From a phage: a stretch of 64,000 bases of DNA. The notes under the pieces were generated by a model. That model saw only the letters and a list, made by a program, of their open reading frames with translations, searched no databases and was not told where the DNA came from. Both the position numbers and the translations under genes were made by a program. Below, in pieces: positions 38,185 through 47,416 of the stretch (its first letter is position 1; each line of letters opens with the position of its first letter). The stretch is from the sequence record PZ154895.1; one strand, written 5' to 3'.

Positions 38185-38931
38185 ATGAAACTGTCTAATA
38201 ATCAAATTCGTAAAATTACACGTCGTTTAGAGCACACTCAGGCATCTGCCAAAAGACGTTCTAAAGATTTTAACTTAGACTTCAATTACATTAAGAACAT
38301 TTTAGATCAGAAAGTTTGCGCTTACTCGGGAGAACCTTTTGATAATCGTATTGAAGGAGAGAAATTATCATTAGAACGTTTTGATAATAATGTTGGATAC
38401 ATTAAAGGGAATGTTATTGCAGTAAAGAAAAAGTATAATACATTTCGTTCTGATTATACTTTAGAAGAGTTGATTGAAAAGCGTGATTTATTTGCTTTGC
38501 GAATTGGTCGTTCATCTGCGAAAAAAGTTCATAAACTAAATTTAGATGAAAAGAAATGGGCTAAAATCAAAAAGACTTATAATCAAATTAAAGCTATACA
38601 GAAAAAACGTGAAAACCGAATTGAGCACATTTCTCAGCTTTCTAAATCAAAACAAACTTCTGACGTTAAGCTAACGATTATAGCACTCAAAGCTCGTATT
38701 GATGGTTCTCGTATAGCAGAAGGCGCTGAAGTTGTTAAATTGAACGTTCTTCTTAAAGGCTCGGATTGGAAAACTGTGAAAAAGCTGTCAGAAGCAGAAA
38801 TGCAATATGATATGTGTGATAAAATTATTCAAGGTGTAGAGCGGTATCAAAACTTGTCTTTTATTGATAAACTTAAACTGAAAAGAGGATACCCGCTAAA
38901 TTGTTCAATTTTTAAACTTATCCGAGGATAA
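38185..38931 (+). CDS. srd: Srd-like protein
   Basis: 248 aa; position between modA and dda as T4 srd; early promoter upstream; weak recollection only. Confidence 0.6.
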   Translation: MKLSNNQIRKITRRLEHTQASAKRRSKDFNLDFNYIKNILDQKVCAYSGEPFDNRIEGEKLSLERFDNNVGYIKGNVIAVKKKYNTFRSDYTLEELIEKRDLFALRIGRSSAKKVHKLNLDEKKWAKIKKTYNQIKAIQKKRENRIEHISQLSKSKQTSDVKLTIIALKARIDGSRIAEGAEVVKLNVLLKGSDWKTVKKLSEAEMQYDMCDKIIQGVERYQNLSFIDKLKLKRGYPLNCSIFKLIRG

Positions 38932-38932
38932 T

Positions 38933-39244
38933 ATGTTTTATGTATATGCGATAGTGTATAGAGATAAAGATGGATTTGCGGTGCCTGTTCCTCTTGATGA
39001 ACATCGTCCTGCTGTATTTTTTGAAAGGGAGATTGCTGATAAAGTATTTACTACTCTTAAAGAGCAGTATCGACTAGCTTTAGGTATGGGAATTCCGAGA
39101 TTAGTTGAGACTCCACGCAAGTTTTGGTTTAATAAAATAGAAGTTAAACATGTTAAGCCTGATGTAGACACACAAAGATTATATCAGCGAATTTTAGATA
39201 CTGGGCGTATTGTTAGTATACCAATTGCAGGGAATTTACGATGA
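38933..39244 (+). CDS. hypothetical protein (103 aa)
   Basis: ORF track; position upstream of dda. Confidence 0.5.
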   Translation: MFYVYAIVYRDKDGFAVPVPLDEHRPAVFFEREIADKVFTTLKEQYRLALGMGIPRLVETPRKFWFNKIEVKHVKPDVDTQRLYQRILDTGRIVSIPIAGNLR

Positions 39245-40560
39245 CATTTGATGATTTGACAGAAGGCCAGAAAAATGCCTTTAACATCGTTATGAGGGCT
39301 ATTAAAGAAAAGAAACATCATGTAACTATTAATGGACCTGCTGGTACTGGTAAGACTACTCTTACTAAGTTCATCATTGAAGCCTTAATATCTACGGGCG
39401 AAACTGGCATTATTTTAGCAGCTCCTACACATGCAGCTAAAAAGATTCTTTCAAAACTATCAGGAAAAGAAGCAAGTACTATTCACAGTATTCTTAAAAT
39501 TAACCCAGTAACATACGAAGAAAACGTTCTTTTTGAACAAAAAGAAGTACCGGATTTAGCTAAATGCAGAGTATTAATCTGCGACGAAGTGTCAATGTAT
39601 GATAGAAAGCTATTTAAAATTCTGCTTTCAACTATCCCGCCATGGTGTACTATAATTGGAATAGGTGATAATAAGCAAATTAGACCTGTTGACCCAGGAG
39701 AAAACACTGCTTATATTAGTCCATTCTTTACGCACAAAGACTTTTATCAGTGTGAACTCACTGAAGTTAAACGCAGTAATGCTCCTATTATTGATGTAGC
39801 TACTGATGTTCGTAACGGTAAGTGGATTTATGATAAAATTGTTGACGGACATGGAGTACGTGGATTTACTGGTGATACCGCTTTACGCGATTTTATGGTA
39901 AATTATTTTTCAATCGTCAAATCACTAGATGATTTGTTTGAAAATCGTGTAATGGCATTTACGAATAAATCTGTTGATAAGTTAAATAGCATTATTCGTA
40001 AAAAGATTTTTGAAACTGATAAAGATTTTATTGTCGGTGAAATTATTGTAATGCAGGAACCATTAATTAAAACATATAAAATTGATGGAAAGCCTGTGTC
40101 AGAAATTATTTTTAATAACGGACAATTAGTTCGTATTATAGAAGCAGAATATACATCAACATTTGTTAAAGCTCGTGGTGTTTCTGGAGAATATCTAATT
40201 CGTCATTGGGATTTAACAGTAGAAACTTACGGCGATGATGAATATTATCGTGAAAAGATTAAAATAATTTCATCTGATGAAGAGCTGTATAAGTTTAACT
40301 TATTTTTAGGTAAAACTGCAGAAACTTACAAAAATTGGAATAAAGGTGGAAAAGCTCCGTGGAGTGATTTTTGGGATGCTAAATCACAGTTTAGTAAAGT
40401 GAAAGCACTTCCTGCATCAACATTCCACAAAGCTCAGGGCATGTCTGTAGACCGTGCTTTCATCTATACGCCTTGTATTCATTATGCAGACGCTGAACTA
40501 GCTCAGCAGCTTCTTTATGTTGGTGTAACACGTGGTCGTTATGATGTGTTTTATGTATGA
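39241..40560 (+). CDS. dda: DNA helicase Dda (SF1B)
   Basis: 439 aa; near-identical to T4 Dda; Walker A GPAGTGKTT. Confidence 0.95.
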   Translation: MTFDDLTEGQKNAFNIVMRAIKEKKHHVTINGPAGTGKTTLTKFIIEALISTGETGIILAAPTHAAKKILSKLSGKEASTIHSILKINPVTYEENVLFEQKEVPDLAKCRVLICDEVSMYDRKLFKILLSTIPPWCTIIGIGDNKQIRPVDPGENTAYISPFFTHKDFYQCELTEVKRSNAPIIDVATDVRNGKWIYDKIVDGHGVRGFTGDTALRDFMVNYFSIVKSLDDLFENRVMAFTNKSVDKLNSIIRKKIFETDKDFIVGEIIVMQEPLIKTYKIDGKPVSEIIFNNGQLVRIIEAEYTSTFVKARGVSGEYLIRHWDLTVETYGDDEYYREKIKIISSDEELYKFNLFLGKTAETYKNWNKGGKAPWSDFWDAKSQFSKVKALPASTFHKAQGMSVDRAFIYTPCIHYADAELAQQLLYVGVTRGRYDVFYV

Positions 40561-40581
40561 TTAAATTTGAGGAAGCTATTC

Positions 40582-40827
40582 GTGGAAATAACTAAAGACC
40601 AGTTTTATCTACTTCAAGATAAAGTGAGCGAAATTTATGAAATAGCTTATAGTAAAAATCGCAAAAATGTGAAAATTGAATCAGGCAAGTTAATGCTTCA
40701 ATTGGAAGAAATTGAACGAGATTTGATTGCGTTAGAATTCTTTTGCGGTGAAGTGAAAACTGTTACAATCAGTGATTATGTTTTAGGTGAAATTAGTCAT
40801 CTTTATAAGGCGATTATTAATGATTGA
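40582..40827 (+). CDS. hypothetical protein (paralogue of next gene); start uncertain
   Basis: ORF track 40567..40827 (TTG); GTG at 40582 after GAGGAAG. Confidence 0.4.
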   Translation: MEITKDQFYLLQDKVSEIYEIAYSKNRKNVKIESGKLMLQLEEIERDLIALEFFCGEVKTVTISDYVLGEISHLYKAIIND

Positions 40828-41062
40828 ATTAAGTTTGCATCAGTTTAAATCTCTTATGACAAATGTTAAAGCTGTCATTGAGGAAAATCCAGGACCTGAT
40901 AATGTTACTATTCGCGAAAAAGCTTCAAAGATAGTATACAGTCTTGAAGAGATACAAAAAGATATTGAATCTATGGAAAAATTTATTGATGAGCCCATTA
41001 ATAAAGTTTATATCCAAGATTATACTGTAGGTCAAATTCGCGATTTAGCGAGGAAAATTTAA
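40820..41062 (+). CDS. hypothetical protein (paralogue of previous gene)
   Basis: ORF track 40787..41062; ATG at 40820 overlapping upstream stop; shared motif LEEI(E/Q)(R/K)D...DY(V/T)(L/V)G(E/Q)I. Confidence 0.4.
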   Translation: MIELSLHQFKSLMTNVKAVIEENPGPDNVTIREKASKIVYSLEEIQKDIESMEKFIDEPINKVYIQDYTVGQIRDLARKI

Positions 41063-41745
41063 TGTTTGATTTTATTATAGATTTTGAAACAATGGGAAGC
41101 GGTGAAAAGGCAGCTGTTATTGATTTGGCTGTTATTGCCTTTGACCCTAATCCAGAAGTAGTTGAAACATTTGATGAATTAGTTTCACGCGGCATTAAAA
41201 TCAAGTTTGATTTAAAAAGCCAAAAAGGACATCGTCTTTTTACTAAAAGCACTATCGAATGGTGGAAAAATCAGTCTCCCGAAGCTCGAAAAAATATTGC
41301 ACCATCAGATGAAGATGTAAGCACCATCGATGGTATTGTAAAATTTAATGATTACATCAATGCACATAACATCGATCCTTGGAAATCTCAAGGCTGGTGC
41401 CGTGGAATGTCGTTTGATTTTCCAATTTTAGTCGATCTCATTCGCGATATTCAACGTCTTAATGGCGTTTCTGAGAATGAACTTGACACATTTAAGTTAG
41501 AACCATGTAAATTCTGGAATCAGCGTGATATTCGTACCAGAATTGAAGCACTTCTCCTTGTTCGTGATATGACCACGTGTCCTCTTCCAAAGGGAACTTT
41601 AGATGGATTCGTTGCACATGATTCTATTCATGACTGTGCGAAAGACATCCTGATGATGAAGTATGCTTTGCGGTATGCTATGGGTCTTGAAGATGCTCCG
41701 TCAGAGGAAGAGTGCGATCCTCTATCTCTTCCAACAAAACGATAA
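41062..41745 (+). CDS. dexA: exonuclease A DexA
   Basis: 227 aa; near-identical to T4 DexA; DEDD-like IDFET motif. Confidence 0.92.
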   Translation: MFDFIIDFETMGSGEKAAVIDLAVIAFDPNPEVVETFDELVSRGIKIKFDLKSQKGHRLFTKSTIEWWKNQSPEARKNIAPSDEDVSTIDGIVKFNDYINAHNIDPWKSQGWCRGMSFDFPILVDLIRDIQRLNGVSENELDTFKLEPCKFWNQRDIRTRIEALLLVRDMTTCPLPKGTLDGFVAHDSIHDCAKDILMMKYALRYAMGLEDAPSEEECDPLSLPTKR

Positions 41746-41751
41746 AAAGTT

Positions 41752-41781
41752 GTTTACTTCCTCGGTTAGTTGTGGTATTAT
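41752..41781 (+). promoter_or_regulatory. early promoter
   Basis: GTTTAC, 18-nt spacer, TGgTATTAT. Confidence 0.55.
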
Positions 41782-41808
41782 AACACCATAGCTACTGAGG
41801 ATAATAAA

Positions 41809-42309
41809 ATGAAAATTTATCGTGTTGAATCATCGTTTAGTATTCTTGATTATGAAGATGCTATAACAATACGTCGAAATCTTTGTGTTCAAATAACGCC
41901 GTACAGGAGTATAATAGATTCATGGAGCGAAGAGTGGCTATTACACGTAGGTTATGACAGACCTAATTTTATGCATCATAGCGATAATAATAAAAGAATT
42001 CCTTTACCGCACGAAGATAAACTATTAGTTAAAAACGCTAATATAGTAATTAATACTAAGTTCAAGAAAGATTATGTTGGAGTAGAATATCATATTCCAG
42101 GATGGTTTATAGCTCTTTATCATTTTGCTTTCGCTAGCGAATATGATATGATGAGATGGTTCACACGAGAAGAGCGGGAAGAATTATCTTCTAAAGGATT
42201 TTATCTCGCTGTATACGAAGTTCCTGAAGATGAAGTTATCATTGGCGGGCACCAAGTAATGTTCCGCAAATCGCATGCTGAACTCATAGATTTTATTGAA
42301 ATGAGATAA
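41809..42309 (+). CDS. hypothetical protein
   Basis: ORF track 41770..42309 (TTG); ATG at 41809 after GAGG; early promoter upstream. Confidence 0.5.
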   Translation: MKIYRVESSFSILDYEDAITIRRNLCVQITPYRSIIDSWSEEWLLHVGYDRPNFMHHSDNNKRIPLPHEDKLLVKNANIVINTKFKKDYVGVEYHIPGWFIALYHFAFASEYDMMRWFTREEREELSSKGFYLAVYEVPEDEVIIGGHQVMFRKSHAELIDFIEMR

Positions 42310-42311
42310 TT

Positions 42312-42854
42312 ATGAAATTTAATTATAATCCTGAATACATACCAAATCCGGTAGCTAAACTGATTGATTTTGATGTTGTAAGCACTTATGTATGCCCTGT
42401 TAAACCATTGGAAATTAAGGAACCTACTATGACTACCGCTATTGAAATCGGCAAAACCTACAAACTGGTTGAACCTGAAATTAAAACTAATGCCTTGATT
42501 TCCGGCCATAAAACTCTGACTGATGTTTTTGGTGAAGGCGAATTTACTGTTGAAGACTTTGAAAAAAGTAAATGGTTTACTAAATCTTATATTGTCCACG
42601 GTCGTCGTTTAGACAATAACAAAATAGAGAAAATCCTGGTTTATGAAGCAGAGTTCATCCTGTTCCAAGAAGTTGAAGAACAAGACCCTACAGACCTTCT
42701 AACTCGTGCGGTAGCTATCAAGACTCCATTTATTTCAGTCTGTGGTTGGGTAACAGACCAATGGATTGAAGATGGCGTTGAACTTCTGAACGTTGTTCAT
42801 GCAGGTGATTTTAGCGTAGTACCTCGTAGTGCAGTGGTAGCTATTTTGAATTAA
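42312..42854 (+). CDS. hypothetical protein (180 aa); C-terminal domain shared with next gene
   Basis: ORF track. Confidence 0.5.
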   Translation: MKFNYNPEYIPNPVAKLIDFDVVSTYVCPVKPLEIKEPTMTTAIEIGKTYKLVEPEIKTNALISGHKTLTDVFGEGEFTVEDFEKSKWFTKSYIVHGRRLDNNKIEKILVYEAEFILFQEVEEQDPTDLLTRAVAIKTPFISVCGWVTDQWIEDGVELLNVVHAGDFSVVPRSAVVAILN

Positions 42855-42856
42855 TA

Positions 42857-42892
42857 GTTTACAAACTCTTGGGACCAGAGTATAATGGTCCC
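42857..42892 (+). promoter_or_regulatory. early promoter with -10 inside hairpin (PeSL-like)
   Basis: GTTTAC 42857-42862, TATAAT 42881-42886 flanked by GGGACC/GGTCCC. Confidence 0.55.
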
Positions 42893-42930
42893 GCGGAGTA
42901 TAAAATCTTTTTAACAAGTGAGAGATAACT

Positions 42931-43428
42931 ATGATTATTAATATTGGTGAAATTGCTCGTGTATCTGATAAATCCCGTTCTAAAGCAGCAGGAAAATTGG
43001 TCGAAATTGTAAGCATTCAGCTTAAACATGGTGTTAAAGATGAAGATTCTGAAGTAAAAGTGCGTATCATTCCTAAAGATGGAAAGTCTAAACCTCAGTT
43101 TGGCTATGTTCGTGCGAAATTTCTTGAGTCTGCGTTTTTGAAAGCTGTTCCTGCTAAAGGAATTGAAACGATTGATACTTCGCATGTAGGTGTAGACTTT
43201 AAGTGGAAACTCGGTCAGGCTATTAAGTTCGTTGCTCCTTATGAATTCGAATTTACTGAAGATGAGGAAGGGGTTGTTCAAAAACATCGTACTCGTGCTA
43301 TGTGTGCATACATTACTGATCAATGGGTAGAAGATGGTGTTAAGCTATACAACGCGGTATTTTTAGGAACATACAAAGTCATTCCTGAAAGTTGGATTAA
43401 ACACTATAGCAAAGCTCGCTGTGCATAA
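42931..43428 (+). CDS. hypothetical protein (165 aa); paralogous C-terminal domain
   Basis: ORF track; promoter with stem-loop upstream; shared motif (C)xYxTDQW(I/V)EDGV(E/K)L(L/Y)N(V/A)V. Confidence 0.5.
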   Translation: MIINIGEIARVSDKSRSKAAGKLVEIVSIQLKHGVKDEDSEVKVRIIPKDGKSKPQFGYVRAKFLESAFLKAVPAKGIETIDTSHVGVDFKWKLGQAIKFVAPYEFEFTEDEEGVVQKHRTRAMCAYITDQWVEDGVKLYNAVFLGTYKVIPESWIKHYSKARCA

Positions 43429-43476
43429 AGTTTAAAATTTTTTCATAAAACTATATACATCAGTAGTTGATTATGG

Positions 43477-43482
43477 TACTAT
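43477..43482 (+). promoter_or_regulatory. early promoter -10 (TGgTACTAT) with degenerate -35
   Basis: TATGGTACTAT followed by conserved leader box. Confidence 0.4.
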
Positions 43483-43525
43483 ATCAATATCAACTACTGA
43501 TACAGAAAACAACTTGGAGAATAAA

Positions 43526-43795
43526 ATGGAAAACTTAATTATCATCGAGCAATCTTTCAACGATTATGGTATGGCTTACGGTTATCGTGCGATAATGGAA
43601 GATTCTTGTGGATGTGTTATCGATATTGCTGAATGTAAAGATTTACTGCAGCTTTTGAAGATTGTTCGTAAAAATTGGGATTGTGAAAACATTAAAGTTC
43701 GTGTTGTAACGGAAGAAGAAACTGTTTTTCATGATGTAAAATTTGCCAAAGGTGCTGCTACTCTTCTGAAACGCATCGCTCCACTGTTCAATTAA
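43526..43795 (+). CDS. hypothetical protein
   Basis: ORF track 43514..43795 (TTG); ATG at 43526 after GGAG. Confidence 0.45.
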   Translation: MENLIIIEQSFNDYGMAYGYRAIMEDSCGCVIDIAECKDLLQLLKIVRKNWDCENIKVRVVTEEETVFHDVKFAKGAATLLKRIAPLFN

Positions 43796-43808
43796 TGAGG
43801 AAATTGTA

Positions 43809-44024
43809 ATGAAACGTAAAATTGTTCAGAACTGCACTAATGACGAATTTGAAGATGTATTATTCGATCCAGATTTGGTAGTAGTTCAAAAGGAACACAC
43901 CATTAAGTTTACTCACTTGACTTCGGTTTATGTTTATGAAAAGGTTGGTGATAAACAGCCAATTTACGGTGTATTTCGTGAAATTACTGAAGATGGCACA
44001 ACTTACTGGAAGGAAATTTATTAA
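43809..44024 (+). CDS. hypothetical protein (71 aa)
   Basis: ORF track. Confidence 0.45.
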   Translation: MKRKIVQNCTNDEFEDVLFDPDLVVVQKEHTIKFTHLTSVYVYEKVGDKQPIYGVFREITEDGTTYWKEIY

Positions 44025-44443
44025 TGGCTATTAGATTTGAAGTTAATAAATGGTATCAATTTAAAAATAAACAAGCTCAAGAAAATTTTATTAAAGACCA
44101 TACTGATAACGGAATCTATGCACGACGTTTAGGTATGTATCCTTTTAAAATTTTAGATGTGGACGCTCTTGGGCGTCCTATTAAAATTTTGTCATCTACT
44201 GGAAATTTAGTACTATCTTCTGGTAAAGATGTTTTGGATGAAGACTTTATTTGGCTTTCAAAAAGTGAAGCTGGGTTCTTTGATGAAGTGGAAAATCCAT
44301 ATCAGGCTGCTGAAGAACAAGAGCAGGAAGAGCAAGAACAAATAGAAGATTTCACAGAATTCCCGGTAATGAAAGTTACTATTGAAAATAATGAACAGGC
44401 ATGGTCCTTGTATCAGATGTTGAAAGCACATTTTAAGGAATAA
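44024..44443 (+). CDS. hypothetical protein with acidic EQEQEEQEQ tract
   Basis: ORF track. Confidence 0.45.
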   Translation: MAIRFEVNKWYQFKNKQAQENFIKDHTDNGIYARRLGMYPFKILDVDALGRPIKILSSTGNLVLSSGKDVLDEDFIWLSKSEAGFFDEVENPYQAAEEQEQEEQEQIEDFTEFPVMKVTIENNEQAWSLYQMLKAHFKE

Positions 44444-44445
44444 TT

Positions 44446-44622
44446 ATGCCAATGTATGATTATAAATGCCAATCCGAAGATTGTGGGCATGAATATGAAA
44501 AAATTAAAAAGATTTCTGAACGAGAAAATGATGTTTGCCCTAAATGTCATCGTTTGTCTACTCGTCGGCCTTCTGCTCCTAAGCATGTGAATGGTGGATT
44601 TTACGACTTACTTAAAGGGTGA
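44446..44622 (+). CDS. small zinc-ribbon protein (58 aa), below ORF-track cut-off
   Basis: CxxC (CQSEDC) ... CPKC; ATG 2 nt after upstream stop. Confidence 0.45.
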   Translation: MPMYDYKCQSEDCGHEYEKIKKISERENDVCPKCHRLSTRRPSAPKHVNGGFYDLLKG

Positions 44623-44624
44623 TT

Positions 44625-44996
44625 ATGTTTAAAATCGGTAAGAAATATCGTGTTCGCGAAGGTGAAGAAAAGAAATATCTACTTTCTGCTAGTAATAGGA
44701 ATAGTTCTATTAATGCTGTAATATTGACTAGTGAATTTATCGTTGAAGATATGAAAGGTCATAATGTTACAATGATTAGTACAGCATCTGGAAATGATGG
44801 AAAAGTTCTTCATAGTCTGCGGAGTAGTGTTCTAATTTATGATGAAGAATTTGACTTCTTCAAAGAAGTTTCCGAAGATTTTGATTTTGAATGCACTATC
44901 ACTATGAAATCTGGCGACCCTCTTTCTTTTACAGTTAAAGATGAAAGAAGTCGCTTGAGAATTATTAGTCTTCTTCAAGCCATTAAATTTGAGTGA
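44625..44996 (+). CDS. hypothetical protein
   Basis: ORF track 44619..44996 (GTG); ATG at 44625. Confidence 0.5.
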   Translation: MFKIGKKYRVREGEEKKYLLSASNRNSSINAVILTSEFIVEDMKGHNVTMISTASGNDGKVLHSLRSSVLIYDEEFDFFKEVSEDFDFECTITMKSGDPLSFTVKDERSRLRIISLLQAIKFE

Positions 44997-45000
44997 AATT

Positions 45001-45261
45001 ATGAAATATGTTAATCGTTCTATCGCGGCAATAGTATTAGCAGTATCTTTAGTAGGATGTACTGATGCTGATAATGCAACCAAAGTTCTGTCTTCAAGTG
45101 GTTTTACTAATATTGAAATCACTGGATATAATTGGTTCGGTTGCTCTGAAAATGATTTCCAACATACTGGATTTCGTGCTATTGGACCTACCGGGCAGAA
45201 AGTAGAAGGAACAGTATGTTCTGGTCTTTTCTTCAAGGATTCGACTATCCGTTTTAAATAA
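45001..45261 (+). CDS. putative lipoprotein (lipobox LVGC)
   Basis: ORF track 44989..45261 (TTG); ATG at 45001; signal peptide plus lipobox; terminator downstream. Confidence 0.5.
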   Translation: MKYVNRSIAAIVLAVSLVGCTDADNATKVLSSSGFTNIEITGYNWFGCSENDFQHTGFRAIGPTGQKVEGTVCSGLFFKDSTIRFK

Positions 45262-45282
45262 AAGGCCTTCGGGCCTTTAGCT
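45262..45282 (+). terminator. rho-independent terminator upstream of gene 39
   Basis: AGGCC-TTCG-GGCCT + TT. Confidence 0.55.
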
Positions 45283-45330
45283 TTATGATTACCGGAGTAT
45301 AATATTCCCGAAACCAAACGAGGATAAGTG

Positions 45331-47148
45331 ATGATTAAGAATGAAATTAAAATTCTGAGCGATATTGAACATATCAAAAAGCGTAGCGGCATGTACATTG
45401 GTTCTTCTGCTAATGAAATGCATGAGCGCTTTCTGTTTGGTAAATGGGAAAGTGTTCAGTATGTACCTGGTCTTGTTAAGCTTATTGATGAAATTATCGA
45501 TAACTCAGTAGATGAAGGTATTCGTACTAAGTTTAAATTCGCAAATAAAATTAATGTTACTATTAAAAACAATCAAGTAACAGTTGAAGATAACGGTCGT
45601 GGTATTCCGCAGGCGATGGTTAAAACACCTACTGGTGAAGAAATTCCTGGTCCAGTTGCTGCATGGACTATTCCAAAAGCAGGTGGTAACTTCGGTGATG
45701 ATAAAGAACGCGTCACTGGTGGTATGAACGGTGTTGGTTCTAGTTTAACTAACATTTTTTCTGTGATGTTTGTCGGTGAAACTGGTGATGGTCAAAATAA
45801 TATTGTAGTTCGTTGTTCAAACGGCATGGAAAATAAATCGTGGGAAGATATTCCTGGAAAATGGAAAGGAACTCGCGTTACTTTCATTCCTGATTTTATG
45901 TCATTTGAAACTAATGAGCTATCTCAAGTTTATCTTGACATTACACTGGATCGTCTCCAGACACTTGCAGTAGTTTATCCTGATATTCAATTTACATTTA
46001 ATGGTAAAAAGGTTCAGGGTAATTTTAAGAAATATGCACGCCAATATGATGAACATGCTATTGTTCAAGAACAAGAAAATTGTTCTATTGCGGTCGGTCG
46101 TTCACCTGATGGTTTTCGTCAATTAACATACGTCAATAACATTCATACTAAGAATGGTGGCCATCATATTGACTGTGTTATGGATGATATTTGTGAAGAC
46201 CTTATTCCACAAATCAAACGTAAATTCAAAATTGATGTAACTAAAGCACGTGTTAAAGAATGCTTGACTATCGTTATGTTTGTTCGTGATATGAAAAACA
46301 TGCGATTTGATTCTCAAACTAAAGAGCGTTTGACTTCTCCATTTGGTGAAATCCGTAGTCATATTCAGCTTGATGCTAAAAAGATTTCACGTGCTATTTT
46401 GAATAATGAAGCAATTTTAATGCCAATTATTGAAGCTGCATTGGCTCGTAAATTGGCGGCAGAAAAAGCAGCTGAAACTAAAGCAGCTAAAAAGGCCTCT
46501 AAAGCTAAGGTTCATAAACATATTAAAGCGAATCTTTGTGGTAAAGATGCTGACACTACTCTTTTCTTGACTGAGGGTGATTCTGCTATCGGATATCTTA
46601 TTGATGTTCGTGATAAAGAACTTCATGGCGGTTATCCATTGCGTGGTAAAGTTCTCAACAGTTGGGGTATGTCATATGCTGATATGCTTAAAAACAAAGA
46701 ACTGTTTGATATTTGCGCAATCACTGGATTAGTTCTTGGTGAAAAAGCCGAAAACTTGAATTATCATAATATTGCTATTATGACTGATGCTGACCATGAT
46801 GGTCTAGGAAGCATTTATCCTTCTCTGCTCGGATTTTTTAGTAATTGGCCAGAATTGTTTGAACAAGGAAGAATTCGCTTTGTCAAAACTCCTGTAATCA
46901 TCGCTCAGGTCGGTAAAAAACAAGAATGGTTTTATACAGTCGCTGAATATGAGAGTGCCAAAGATGCTCTACCTAAACATAGCATCCGTTATATTAAAGG
47001 ACTTGGCTCTTTGGAAAAATCTGAATATCGTGAGATGATTCAAAATCCAGTATATGATGTTGTTAAACTTCCTGAGAATTGGAAAGAGCTTTTTGAAATG
47101 CTCATGGGAGATAATGCTGACCTTCGTAAAGAATGGATGAGCCAGTAG
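45331..47148 (+). CDS. 39: DNA topoisomerase II large (ATPase, GyrB-like) subunit, unsplit
   Basis: 605 aa from ATG 45331 (track starts at GTG 45328); N-terminus matches T4 gp39; one continuous ORF. Confidence 0.93.
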   Translation: MIKNEIKILSDIEHIKKRSGMYIGSSANEMHERFLFGKWESVQYVPGLVKLIDEIIDNSVDEGIRTKFKFANKINVTIKNNQVTVEDNGRGIPQAMVKTPTGEEIPGPVAAWTIPKAGGNFGDDKERVTGGMNGVGSSLTNIFSVMFVGETGDGQNNIVVRCSNGMENKSWEDIPGKWKGTRVTFIPDFMSFETNELSQVYLDITLDRLQTLAVVYPDIQFTFNGKKVQGNFKKYARQYDEHAIVQEQENCSIAVGRSPDGFRQLTYVNNIHTKNGGHHIDCVMDDICEDLIPQIKRKFKIDVTKARVKECLTIVMFVRDMKNMRFDSQTKERLTSPFGEIRSHIQLDAKKISRAILNNEAILMPIIEAALARKLAAEKAAETKAAKKASKAKVHKHIKANLCGKDADTTLFLTEGDSAIGYLIDVRDKELHGGYPLRGKVLNSWGMSYADMLKNKELFDICAITGLVLGEKAENLNYHNIAIMTDADHDGLGSIYPSLLGFFSNWPELFEQGRIRFVKTPVIIAQVGKKQEWFYTVAEYESAKDALPKHSIRYIKGLGSLEKSEYREMIQNPVYDVVKLPENWKELFEMLMGDNADLRKEWMSQ

Positions 47149-47177
47149 TTTACTTTACCACAAGGATGTGGTATAAT
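47148..47177 (+). promoter_or_regulatory. early promoter, near-identical copy of promoter at 887
   Basis: GTTTACTTTaCCACAAGGATGTGGTATAAT. Confidence 0.6.
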
Positions 47178-47202
47178 TAATTGGGTAAATGAGGATATTG
47201 AA

Positions 47203-47406
47203 ATGAAATCATATAGAGTAAATTTAGAACTTTTTGATAAAGCAGTTCATCGAGAATATAGAATCATTCAACGCTTTTTCGATATGGGAGAAGCCGAAGA
47301 GTTTAAAAACCGCTTTAAGGACATTAGAGATAAAATTCAATCCGACACTGCAACTAAAGATGAACTACTAGAAGTTGCTGAAGTTATTAAACGCAATATG
47401 AATTAA
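47203..47406 (+). CDS. hypothetical protein (67 aa)
   Basis: ORF track; early promoter upstream. Confidence 0.45.
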   Translation: MKSYRVNLELFDKAVHREYRIIQRFFDMGEAEEFKNRFKDIRDKIQSDTATKDELLEVAEVIKRNMN

Positions 47407-47416
47407 TGAGGAAATT

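Noticed and set aside
38938-39171. Minus-strand 77-aa ORF opposite the dda.1-like gene
   Set aside because: Antisense to a plus-strand ORF that has a proper start and coupling to dda; no RBS.
44832-45398. Minus-strand 188-aa ORF spanning 39.x genes and the gene 39 start
   Set aside because: Crosses a terminator hairpin and the gene 39 promoter/RBS antisense; overlaps three plus-strand ORFs that have proper starts; no RBS of its own.
45331-47148. Looked for the T4 gene 60 translational bypass (hop) element
   Set aside because: Gene 39 is continuous to its stop with no internal stop or coding gap, so there is no gene 60 junction where a bypass could operate.
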